Positions 47,889-56,672 of a DNA stretch of 64,000 bases are shown piece after piece. The stretch comes from Elusimicrobiota bacterium (GTDB taxonomy: Bacteria > Elusimicrobiota > Elusimicrobia > F11), in NCBI GenBank assembly GCA_044221725.1, contig JBGAON010000001.1:32001-96000 (forward strand), in the 5' to 3' direction. The stretch's first letter is position 1, and the number at the start of each line of letters is the position of its first letter. A model generated the notes under the pieces. That model searched no databases, was not told the origin of the DNA, and saw only the letters and a list, made by a program, of their open reading frames with translations. The position numbers and the translations under genes are program-made.

Positions 47889-49301
47889 TTATAGCCATGG
47901 CGTAGAACTCGGAGCGACTTCATTCCACGACGAACGGATGAGGATTACGTTCAGGGCCGGTACTTCAAGCGTCTCATCGTAAAATATTCCACAAGAAGTC
48001 GATAACGTGCCGCCGGTGGATGAAACCGTTCCATTGACCCATACGGCGCCATTGAAGTCCAGATATTTAAGGATGCTTAAGTTTCCACCTACATAGGTAA
48101 AGCCCCTAATGCCGACCGTGCACTGGTACGGACCAGTTCCCAACCCTGGAACGCCAAAACCCGTCGTTCCAAAGGCAAACGTTGAAGCAGTGGAGCGCAA
48201 CCCCGTATCGGCAGGATATTGAGCCGAAGACGATGTATCATGCGGACCGGTCTTTGTGAATTTTTGATGTTGTTGCCATGCGTTTGTCGGAACGGGGCCT
48301 GTGTATCTGTATTCGCCCGGAGTATCGATGGTCAAATTACCTCTTACGATGATGATGCCACGGAGCCCACAACTTTGGTTCGCAGTACTGGCACCGCTCA
48401 ACGTCACATCTCCGTCCCAATACCAAACATAGGTATTGTTGGGCAGATTCCGAGCCGATTTTTGATGGCACCACGGATTGCCAAAATGAGTGGCATGCGC
48501 ACCGGAAGAAGAGCAAGACGCGCGCGTGTCCCATGCGGTTGCGCTATTGTTGGTGCCCGCACCCCCTTGGGTCGACCGGCATCCATAAACGTTCAATGTT
48601 CCCGTCGCCGCAGCCGAAGAGCGTAGGGCGGCGAAATCCAATACAGGGACATCGGGCACTCCTTCATACTGAGACCACCACTCCACGTTGTCGGTGTTCG
48701 GTGGCGTCAGGCCATTGGTATCTCGTGGGTTGGTGGCTGTTCCAGTCACGATGCCCTTTGCGTACTTTTGAGGGTAGTAAATTGCCCCAACCACATCGTC
48801 TGCGATTGTGATGTTGCCCTGAGAAATAATTGGTCCCCAGAAAATAATAAGGCCTTTGGCCCAAGAAACATTTCCTCCGGCCATGAGAGCGCTATAAATT
48901 GTCTGGTTTTGCACCACCATTTTGATTGAACGGGTGGCGTTGTTTGCCGCATCACGTCCCTCGCCCCAAATAGTCACTTGCTTGGTGGCCGGACCAGATG
49001 AAAATCGAATCCGGTAAGTGCCTCCCGCGACATCAGAATAGGTGGTGTCAAAGTTATAGCCCGCAATAACAGTTCCAGCGGCCGCCTGAGCAAATGTTGA
49101 GGTTGAGCTTTTGAGTTTCCACATGCCCCGGTCCACTCCCGATTCCGCTAAATTGAAAGCAAGGCTGGTCTTCTGGGTTTTCACTGCCATTTTCATGTCT
49201 TGTTGAAGCCACATCACGAGCGCGGGCAATAAAACCATACACACGAGCATGATCGCCAAAACAGCTGGTAATGCGAATCCTCTCGATTTATTTTTCATCA
49301 A
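47889..49301 (-). CDS. PilX-like minor pilin with large C-terminal domain
   Basis: KSRG/FALPAVLAIML (no Glu5) and AFNLAESGVDRG typical of the PilX N-terminus; beta/Cys-rich C-terminus. Confidence 0.8.
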   Translation of the reverse strand: MMKNKSRGFALPAVLAIMLVCMVLLPALVMWLQQDMKMAVKTQKTSLAFNLAESGVDRGMWKLKSSTSTFAQAAAGTVIAGYNFDTTYSDVAGGTYRIRFSSGPATKQVTIWGEGRDAANNATRSIKMVVQNQTIYSALMAGGNVSWAKGLIIFWGPIISQGNITIADDVVGAIYYPQKYAKGIVTGTATNPRDTNGLTPPNTDNVEWWSQYEGVPDVPVLDFAALRSSAAATGTLNVYGCRSTQGGAGTNNSATAWDTRASCSSSGAHATHFGNPWCHQKSARNLPNNTYVWYWDGDVTLSGASTANQSCGLRGIIIVRGNLTIDTPGEYRYTGPVPTNAWQQHQKFTKTGPHDTSSSAQYPADTGLRSTASTFAFGTTGFGVPGLGTGPYQCTVGIRGFTYVGGNLSILKYLDFNGAVWVNGTVSSTGGTLSTSCGIFYDETLEVPALNVILIRSSWNEVAPSSTPWL

Positions 49302-49843
49302 TTCATCAACCGAACCTTTTCAGACGCCATGTGGAGCGCCTTAGTTTGACCTTCATATGTGGCTTTCTCAATCGTCATAGATACGGAAACAATACTCATA
49401 TCATCAGAACGGGGAAGCGCAAATGCAAGATAACGCAAATTGGAGGTTAGGGTTTTTGTTGACCCGTTGACGCTCATCATAAGACTCCTTCCGTTTTGGT
49501 AGTACATATTCGAATTTGAATCGATGTCGGTAAACCTAATTCGAGAATAATAGGGTTGGCCGCTCACTTGATCCATAATAAGCGTGGTTGACCGAGCTTG
49601 TCTCAAACGCCGGGTAATAAGCTCCATTGAGGAACGGGCCTCTCGTTGAATTTCAACCTTCGCGTTACTCAAAAAGAAAAATCGCCGGACTTGTTTGTAT
49701 AAATTGGGAGCAATCATGACGAGAACTCCCAAAATCGACACGACGATCATCAGTTCGATAAGAGTTGTGCCTTGTTGTCCTCTCCTGGCGCTAAAAAGCA
49801 AAGTTGACTCCTGATGTACGGTAACCTGGTGTGACCGACACAT
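49298..49843 (-). CDS. Prepilin-type minor pilin (PilW/PulJ-like)
   Basis: QQG/TTLIELMIVVSILG cleavage-methylation motif; QREARSSMELITRRLRQA helix. Confidence 0.82.
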   Translation of the reverse strand: MCRSHQVTVHQESTLLFSARRGQQGTTLIELMIVVSILGVLVMIAPNLYKQVRRFFFLSNAKVEIQREARSSMELITRRLRQARSTTLIMDQVSGQPYYSRIRFTDIDSNSNMYYQNGRSLMMSVNGSTKTLTSNLRYLAFALPRSDDMSIVSVSMTIEKATYEGQTKALHMASEKVRLMN

Positions 49844-52394
49844 TGGTTACGGTTCGAGAACTGATGACAGGAGCAGAACCGCTGAATTTTGGGTAATAGG
49901 CATAAAGAACATAGGTCGTTGTCGTGCTGCCACGAACGTCGATGATAAATGTCCCGTCTTCGTAACTGTTGGTGACATAAACAGATGCGGAGGTTAAAGT
50001 GCCGGTACTGAGTTGTGGCGGGCCGCTCGACAAAGTCATTGTAGAGCACACAATGGTAACACCCGTCTTGATGGCTTGGCCCGACTCGGTTACGCTTCCC
50101 GCAACACTTCCGAAAGCTCCGGAAATCGTGATTGTAGCCGCATTGACTGTAGTTCCAGCGGTTACCGTCACCGAGGCACTGGTGGGACTCGCGACCTCTC
50201 CTGTCCCCAGCGTCGGGGAAATAGTGTAAGTGCCAGTTGATAAGTTCTGCAGAAGATATCTGCCATCGCTTCCCGACACTTCTTGATCGACAGTAGCTCC
50301 GCCAGAATCAACCGCTGTAAATACAATTCCAGGCAGGGGATTGGTTCCATCGCGCGTGCAAAATCCTCGAACCTTTCCGCCTTGAGTTAAATTGAAATTG
50401 ACATTGGAAGTGACCTCGCCGAGGTTAACCACAACAGTTTGTGATGACTGCCACACGTAAATAGAATTTGGAGAAAGAACATTCGCCATAATGTCGTAAG
50501 TACCTGGGGGCACCGACAACAGATAGGTTCCATTCGATGTGTTAGCTTGAGTGGTGAGAGAATTGGCGCTCACGGTGATGGCTGGACTGATAGCCGCTCC
50601 TAGCGCGTTCTTGACCCATCCAGAAACATACCCCTGGGTCGCCACCGAAGAAAGAATAACTGCGTTATACCCGCTTGCTGGCCACCCAGGAGATGTGACG
50701 CTGTTTGGTATGAGTGTTGTTGTGTTTGGCGAAACAGTGACCGAAGATATCTCCATATAGAGACTTGCGCTGGCGATATAAACGGTCCAAGTGCCTGTTG
50801 CTACGGAAGTCAGTTGAAATTGGGCACAAGGAGGAGAGCCCGCTGACGTCGCATTCACCACCTGAGAAAGACCGTCCGTCGCAGTGATAAAGGCTCCAAT
50901 TGCGGGCACACCAGCAACCACGGGAACAATGGCGCTGGCTGTGTTCTTGGGAACCCATCCGACGGGGCTAAGTACACTGAGGTCGACGTTATTATCTCCT
51001 GCATCATAAGCGGGTCCGTACGCCGGGTTGTAACCACTTGTGCTGGAGAACCGATAAAATTGCTCATTGTCGTTCAAGCCTTGAGTTTGACTTATAGCGT
51101 TGCCTTCATAGAGAGGAGGCGTTTGAGATCCATCTCCTTTCCATCCAACTGTGTCAAGGGTGGTCCCATTGGAAACGCTATACAGTTGGAGACTGGCTCG
51201 CCCCCAAGCATTCGTATCTTCGTAGGTTGTAATAATATTGGGATCCACTGCGCTGAACCGAGGACTAAAAGCTGTGTCATTTGTCCCAGCCGTCGTACTC
51301 CAAGTGGCATCCGCGTTTATTCCTGTTCCGACGGCTGTAATTGTCGTTGTATTCGCGAACAGATAGAAACCACCGGGCGCTATTGAAGGTGAAATGTAGT
51401 TAAGCGTGATATTAACCGGTGATGGATCCAGAGTACTCGTTCGCTGAAATTTAAGGCCCACATCGGAAGCAGTCCAAGTCCAAGTGGTTGGGTTAAAGAC
51501 TTCCACCCATTCCTGATTAAAACCGCTTGCACTAATGGAGCTCCCAACAACTTGGCTAATCACCAAGTGATTATTAATCCACGCTGTCCCCTGTACGGTG
51601 CCGGAGCCCATAGCGACCAAGGCAATGTTCTGAGTCACAGACGTCGGTGGGACAGAAACCGTTATATAGGAGGGAAAGTAGCCATTCGCGGTCACGCTCA
51701 TGGTATATGAACCTGGAAGCAAGTTAACGAGATAGTTTCCACTGGCGTCGCTGAAATCCTGATAACCAACATTTTCTGCCATCGTTATTAGTGCGCCTTG
51801 GATCCCAGTTGCAGTAGCTGAATTAGTGACCTGGCCACGCACGATGGCATTGTTCATTCTCATGTTGATGTTCCCAAGAATGTTGTTGATTTGAATCTTT
51901 TTCGTTTCTGTTCCCTGATTCCATACAACGGTAACAGTAATGGCCTTCATTCCTGAATCAGGAACAGCTCCCAGATAAACCAAATTGCCGCTATTTTCGT
52001 CAGTCACTTCAACGAAGGTGTAGCGCGTGAACCGCATGCCACCTTCTAGAATTGATTCCGGCGGGTAATAACCTGCATCGTAGGGAACTGAGGGACTAAA
52101 ATTTGTCAGATAAGCGGTCGCGGTGGTAACGAGAACTTTATCGAAAACTTGCTCTTTTAAGATTTGCATTTTCTCTTGGGCGAGATTGGCGGCGAGGGTT
52201 CGGCTTTTTGAAGTTTGAATAGCTTTGCCTATATTTGCAAAGACGCCCACGATCCCAATGCTAACAATACCCAGGATGGCGACGGCCACCATCAATTCGA
52301 CAAGGGTCGTTCCAGTTTGATGCTTACTTGTTAAAACGATGCGCCGGTGTAAGTAAAAGTTGGTTGATTGATTGTTTTTCGACACTTGGCGCAT
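49791..52394 (-). CDS. PilV-like prepilin fused to carboxypeptidase-regulatory-like beta-sandwich repeats and a lamin-tail-like domain (putative pilus adhesin)
   Basis: QTG/TTLVELMVAVAILG, LAANLAQEKMQ, repeated GxV...DxxGxY...LxxGxYT units and LVISQV...EWVEVFNPT; ATG 52394 preferred. Confidence 0.78.
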   Translation of the reverse strand: MRQVSKNNQSTNFYLHRRIVLTSKHQTGTTLVELMVAVAILGIVSIGIVGVFANIGKAIQTSKSRTLAANLAQEKMQILKEQVFDKVLVTTATAYLTNFSPSVPYDAGYYPPESILEGGMRFTRYTFVEVTDENSGNLVYLGAVPDSGMKAITVTVVWNQGTETKKIQINNILGNINMRMNNAIVRGQVTNSATATGIQGALITMAENVGYQDFSDASGNYLVNLLPGSYTMSVTANGYFPSYITVSVPPTSVTQNIALVAMGSGTVQGTAWINNHLVISQVVGSSISASGFNQEWVEVFNPTTWTWTASDVGLKFQRTSTLDPSPVNITLNYISPSIAPGGFYLFANTTTITAVGTGINADATWSTTAGTNDTAFSPRFSAVDPNIITTYEDTNAWGRASLQLYSVSNGTTLDTVGWKGDGSQTPPLYEGNAISQTQGLNDNEQFYRFSSTSGYNPAYGPAYDAGDNNVDLSVLSPVGWVPKNTASAIVPVVAGVPAIGAFITATDGLSQVVNATSAGSPPCAQFQLTSVATGTWTVYIASASLYMEISSVTVSPNTTTLIPNSVTSPGWPASGYNAVILSSVATQGYVSGWVKNALGAAISPAITVSANSLTTQANTSNGTYLLSVPPGTYDIMANVLSPNSIYVWQSSQTVVVNLGEVTSNVNFNLTQGGKVRGFCTRDGTNPLPGIVFTAVDSGGATVDQEVSGSDGRYLLQNLSTGTYTISPTLGTGEVASPTSASVTVTAGTTVNAATITISGAFGSVAGSVTESGQAIKTGVTIVCSTMTLSSGPPQLSTGTLTSASVYVTNSYEDGTFIIDVRGSTTTTYVLYAYYPKFSGSAPVISSRTVTNVSVTPGYRTSGVNFAF

Positions 52395-52427
52395 ATGATG
52401 AATATATATGTGAATCTCAGCCCTTTC

Positions 52428-52469
52428 CAGAATTATTTGCACATTTAGGACGTGACGTTTTGCACATTT
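52428..52469. promoter_or_regulatory. Two CRP/Fnr-family-like boxes in the divergent pilin/HAMP promoter
   Basis: Minus strand AAATGTGC-AAAACG-TCACG (core 52451-52466) and AAATGTGC-AAATAA-TTCTG (core 52428-52443); TTTGCACATTT repeated 23 bp apart. Confidence 0.5.
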
Positions 52470-52557
52470 GGCGTGACAAAAGTACCTGCAAAAACTATGG
52501 AAATTCTGAACGATCGGATGTAGATTCAAACGGATTGTTACTGTTAAGGAGATGTGA

Positions 52558-53163
52558 ATGTTGAAGGAAGGAACACTACACAGCCACGTTATCCAACCAA
52601 GCAAAAGTAACCGGATTTTCGGGCAATACATTATTAAGCATGGATTTCAATTCAAATGCGCCTTGGTTGTTTTTGGTGCTGTTGCTATCTCTCTTGGTAT
52701 TGTATGGCTGGAAAGCCATTGGGTTATGGGTCGTCTATTGGAAGCAAACGTATTGCCGGAGGATGCGAAGGCTCAACTCGAACTGTTGCTCGGAATCACC
52801 GGTAAAACCAGCGTGCTATTCGCCTCGGTTGTGCTTGGATTAACCCTATTCCTATCTCATTTTGTGGCCGGACCCATTTTTAGATTTGAGAAAACATTTG
52901 AAGAAATGCGAGACGGCAATCTCACGACAAATATTCGACTACGCGGTCATGATGAATTCAAAGAAACCGCCGATCTTTTAAATCAGGCCCTTTCCAGTAT
53001 TCGCAACAAACTGAAAAAAGAACGGGAAGAAAATGAAGTGTTGTGGATAAAAGCACAAACACTCTCGAAGGAGCTTAGAGATTTTGGACAGACCGCACAG
53101 GCAGATCAATTGGATAAATTGATCGCTCAATTCAAAAACCAACCTCGTCAAATCAAAATCTAA
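52558..53163 (+). CDS. Two-TM HAMP-domain protein without signalling domain
   Basis: FQFKCALVV TM, then FLSHFVAGPIFRFEK...GNLTTNIRLRGHDEFKETADLLN and a coiled-coil tail; AAGGAG SD. Confidence 0.8.
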   Translation: MLKEGTLHSHVIQPSKSNRIFGQYIIKHGFQFKCALVVFGAVAISLGIVWLESHWVMGRLLEANVLPEDAKAQLELLLGITGKTSVLFASVVLGLTLFLSHFVAGPIFRFEKTFEEMRDGNLTTNIRLRGHDEFKETADLLNQALSSIRNKLKKEREENEVLWIKAQTLSKELRDFGQTAQADQLDKLIAQFKNQPRQIKI

Positions 53164-53274
53164 AACACGACGCAACGACCATCGCGATGAGGCAAGATCT
53201 CTCTATGGGAACCGCAACGCCTTGGTTTGCCCAACAGCTTACCGATAATTTTAATCGAAATTATTATGATGCAT

Positions 53275-53970
53275 TCATCTGCGAGCTATTACGAACAAGA
53301 CAAGCCCCAAAAGAGAGACGATAAAAATCCCGAAAGTCATTGTGGTCAGGACCAAATCTCGGACCTGGCGATTTTCAATAAACGCCAGCTTGTGAAAGTT
53401 ACTGAAGATATTTGACTGAAGCTGACGTTGATCGTCCGTATGCCGCGTTACGCTGCCGGTCAGACTTGAGACATAAAGCCGCGTCCCTTTTCCGTCGTCT
53501 GCGTCGAAGCGGTAAACGGGAAGCATCCGATAGATATTCAGATACTCCCGGTTGAACTGCGTAAGATAATCCGCCTTTCTCACGGGCATTCCACCGAGGA
53601 ATCCGGACGCGATCTGAGCGGCGTAGACTTCATCCTGACTTGCGTCAGCAACCCCCGTAACGGCATTCACATAGACCGGTTTTTCCTGCTCTCTAATAAG
53701 AACCTGATACCACGGAATTCCTTCAATTGATCTGACATTGAGCGCTTGGATGTTCGTTTTATGACCTTCTGGAAGGCGGGCAAGGACCGCGATGGGCGCG
53801 ATCTTGACGGCGGACAACGCCACCGCCCCCGCGGGTCTCGCGGGGGGCGGCGGAGTTTGCGTCCGGCTCATCACGTTATGGATGACGCCGCTTCCTGAAG
53901 AAACGAGCGCCGACAGACAAAAGACAATGCCGAGCCACCGGTGCAATTTTCTTACAAGAATTGATTTCAT
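53275..53970 (-). CDS. PepSY-associated TM protein
   Basis: RKLHRWLG, VYVNAVTG, LYVSSLTG and FSNFHKL. Confidence 0.8.
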   Translation of the reverse strand: MKSILVRKLHRWLGIVFCLSALVSSGSGVIHNVMSRTQTPPPPARPAGAVALSAVKIAPIAVLARLPEGHKTNIQALNVRSIEGIPWYQVLIREQEKPVYVNAVTGVADASQDEVYAAQIASGFLGGMPVRKADYLTQFNREYLNIYRMLPVYRFDADDGKGTRLYVSSLTGSVTRHTDDQRQLQSNIFSNFHKLAFIENRQVRDLVLTTMTFGIFIVSLLGLVLFVIARR

Positions 53971-53979
53971 GTCACGCTC

Positions 53980-56091
53980 CTAGAAATTCCACTCGATGCC
54001 GCCGTAAACGGAACGGCCATCGGCTGGAAGGAATTGCGCCGAGTCGGCGCCGTTGGCGTTGGCTATCACACCAGTGGTGCCGGCGTAGATTTTGTCGCCA
54101 AGGTTTCTGGCGTCCACAAAGATGGACAACCCTTTGCGCGGCCGGTAACCGGCTTTGAATCCCCACGATGAATAAGGATCGGCGAAGAACGTGTTTTTGT
54201 GGTCAATCGGGAACCGTACCGGAACCCATTCAATGCTGGGACCACCGTACCAACCAGTAGGATGCTCGTATTGCAGTTCGGCCTGATAAATCTGACCTGG
54301 AACTCCGGCGAGGTCGTTGGTGCCGTACACTGGATCATTGTCAAAGGTGAAATGATTGATGGTATAGGCCTGCCGCAATACCACCTGATCCGCCTCTCCA
54401 TCAGAGGTCAAAAGACCGCGCAGCAAAGCCAAATCCAATCCTGCTTCGACGCCTTCATGGATGGTTTCGTTGGCGTTGACGGTGCCAAGAGGATTACCGG
54501 CGGCATCTGTCAAACTGAGCAGCTCATCTTTGACCAATGCGTGATAAACGGAAACATCCCACCTGGCTATGTTTCTCTGCCCTCTCGTGCCCACCTCAAA
54601 CGTGGTCGCGGTCTGCGCGTCCAACTTCACCAGCCCGCCGTTCACGTTGTTTCCTACCAACTCGCCGAACGAGGGCGGCTCAAAACTTCGGGCGATATTG
54701 GTATAGATTTGATCTCTGGAGTTGAATTCATAGCGGGCCCCGATTTTTGGGCTGAAGCCACTGTAGGTTTGCGTATCGCTGTTGTCTTTATCGCTTGGGG
54801 TCACAGGCATGTTGTCTTCGTTTTTTCGTTCCGCATAAGCGGCTTGCGCACCGACGCCAATAGCCAAGGCCTTTGTCACGTAGATTTGATTCTCCACAAA
54901 CGCCTCGGCGTTGGTTGACGTTTGGTCGGAATCGCCGGTCTGCGCTCCGCGCCCCCCCGATACGTTGACATAGCGTTGGTCGCGCGTAACACCAACCGAC
55001 GGCGTGATGCCGGCCATGAACCGGTTGCGACGACCCAACCATTCGTTGACGTTGGTGTAGGCGGCGGTGACACCGGCGTCGTTGGTAAGTTGATCAATCA
55101 CCTGAAAGATCGGGTGATCGAGATGTTTCCAGGAATAATAACCGCTCAAGTCAAAACGTTGACCATTCCCAGCAAACGTCGTCTTGTTGGCGAGACGGAA
55201 CAAGTTGAAGTCCCGCTTCTGATCGCCAGAGATATTTGCGGCATTGGCTTGGCGCGGATCTCTATTCATCTGGGCTTTGGTCAAGCTCCCTGGCAATTCA
55301 GAGTCGGTTCGGACATAGGTCAGGTACGTCCGATTCTCTGTGTTTCCCGAGAAGCGATGGCCAAAGTTCCCAAAGAAACGCTGGGTGTTCTGCCGGCTGT
55401 GTTCTCGAAAGCCGTCCTGATAGAACTCCGACAAGGATCCGTAGTAATCGCTGTCTCCTATGACGCGTCCGGAACTCAACTGTCCCCGATGGTATTGATA
55501 ACTGCCGCCTTCGTATCTCGCTTGAAACGGCGAGGATGTGCGGCCGGTCCGACTCACATAGTTGATCGCGCCACCCAAGTTGGCCGCTCCGAATTCAAGC
55601 GCATTAGCGCCACGGTAAACCTCAATGTATCGCACGGAGAGTGGATCCAAGGCCTGAAAATCAAAACCTCCGTCCGCCAAGTTAATGGGAGCACCGTCTT
55701 GCAAGACTTTGATCCCGCGACCATGAAACGTGCGTTGCAGGCCGGAACCTCGAATGGAAAGACGGGCTTCTTCTGCGCCAAATCTAGGCTGCGCGTACAC
55801 GCCGGGGACCAGTTTCAGTGAATCGGCCACGGTTGATGCCCGGCCTTTGCGAGTATTATCCGCATCGACCACACTCGCACCGCCCATGACTTTGTTGACT
55901 TGGTTGGACTTCTGCTGAAGGGAAGGAACGGTATCGGAAGACAATCCTTGGGCTTCAACGACCACCTCGGGTATTTCAATGGGACTATCAGCGGCTCTCA
56001 TACAAACCGCCGCAAAGACAATAACTGACATGACTCCAGCCAAGCGCTTCAAACGCTGGGCAAAAGCCGCATAGATTCTGTGACTAGGCAT
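53980..56091 (-). CDS. TonB-dependent outer-membrane receptor
   Basis: EVVVEA TonB box, plug LKLVPGV...LSIRGSG...DGAP...IEVYRG...LGGAINYV, C-terminal aromatic EWNF; AGGAG SD before ATG 56091. Confidence 0.93.
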   Translation of the reverse strand: MPSHRIYAAFAQRLKRLAGVMSVIVFAAVCMRAADSPIEIPEVVVEAQGLSSDTVPSLQQKSNQVNKVMGGASVVDADNTRKGRASTVADSLKLVPGVYAQPRFGAEEARLSIRGSGLQRTFHGRGIKVLQDGAPINLADGGFDFQALDPLSVRYIEVYRGANALEFGAANLGGAINYVSRTGRTSSPFQARYEGGSYQYHRGQLSSGRVIGDSDYYGSLSEFYQDGFREHSRQNTQRFFGNFGHRFSGNTENRTYLTYVRTDSELPGSLTKAQMNRDPRQANAANISGDQKRDFNLFRLANKTTFAGNGQRFDLSGYYSWKHLDHPIFQVIDQLTNDAGVTAAYTNVNEWLGRRNRFMAGITPSVGVTRDQRYVNVSGGRGAQTGDSDQTSTNAEAFVENQIYVTKALAIGVGAQAAYAERKNEDNMPVTPSDKDNSDTQTYSGFSPKIGARYEFNSRDQIYTNIARSFEPPSFGELVGNNVNGGLVKLDAQTATTFEVGTRGQRNIARWDVSVYHALVKDELLSLTDAAGNPLGTVNANETIHEGVEAGLDLALLRGLLTSDGEADQVVLRQAYTINHFTFDNDPVYGTNDLAGVPGQIYQAELQYEHPTGWYGGPSIEWVPVRFPIDHKNTFFADPYSSWGFKAGYRPRKGLSIFVDARNLGDKIYAGTTGVIANANGADSAQFLPADGRSVYGGIEWNF

Positions 56092-56121
56092 ATTTTCTCC
56101 TAATGAAAAAATGGACATGAC

Positions 56122-56143
56122 CCGCCTTATGGGAATAAGGCGG
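56122..56143 (-). promoter_or_regulatory. Perfect hairpin in the leader between the Cys-rich ORF and the TBDR
   Basis: CCGCCTTAT-N4-ATAAGGCGG, about 20 nt upstream of the TBDR SD. Confidence 0.5.
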
Positions 56144-56212
56144 ATCGCTATAGGCCAGAAAACCAAGAACACGGTTCTCAGGTCTTAATCAAGAAATGAT
56201 CTGGAAGAAACG

Positions 56213-56650
56213 TTAGGAGAGAACGATTTCGGGAGGAGGAGTTAAGACTTCTCGAATGGGGGAAGGCAAATTGAGTTGCGAAGCATGGAAAATAAGACTT
56301 GATAGGCCCGGATCGTCGGGGCAAAGAGATCCAATAATCCATGATGTCGGCCTACTTATCAGGGACCGCTCCTGGAATGCCAAAGCGGAAACCGGATCTT
56401 TTGGAGTAAGACTACAAACCGAAAGTGGTTGCTCACAACCATTTGAAGCTTTCGGGCGTTTGGCGGGAACGCCGCAATGAGATGCCGCGTCCTCCTTCAT
56501 TTTTTTAATCATTGGCTTGCACATCTCTGGGCAGCAACAAGCGTGGCCGCAGATAACGCAATCTTCAGAAGGTTTTTGAGAGAAGGCGTTTACTGGGCCG
56601 GATGGAATGAGCAATGAAACTACGAGAAATAATCTTAGTCCGAACCGCAT
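56213..56650 (-). CDS. Cys-rich secreted leader-type protein (DUF2946/CruR/CutF-like)
   Basis: Signal peptide, CVICGHACCCPEMC and C-terminal REVLTPPPE; directly upstream of a TBDR. Confidence 0.6.
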   Translation of the reverse strand: MRFGLRLFLVVSLLIPSGPVNAFSQKPSEDCVICGHACCCPEMCKPMIKKMKEDAASHCGVPAKRPKASNGCEQPLSVCSLTPKDPVSALAFQERSLISRPTSWIIGSLCPDDPGLSSLIFHASQLNLPSPIREVLTPPPEIVLS

Positions 56651-56672
56651 CGCACTCAGATTACTATTTGCG

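Noticed and set aside
52395..52631. 79-aa N-terminal extension of the 946-aa pilin ORF
   Set aside because: It overlaps the divergent HAMP gene and promoter and has non-coding-like composition; ATG 52394 places the prepilin motif near the N-terminus
53190..53235. c-di-GMP-I riboswitch (minus strand GGGCAAACC)
   Set aside because: Lacks the GNRA-capped P2 and the downstream GACGCAAAG-type motif, and lies between convergent gene ends
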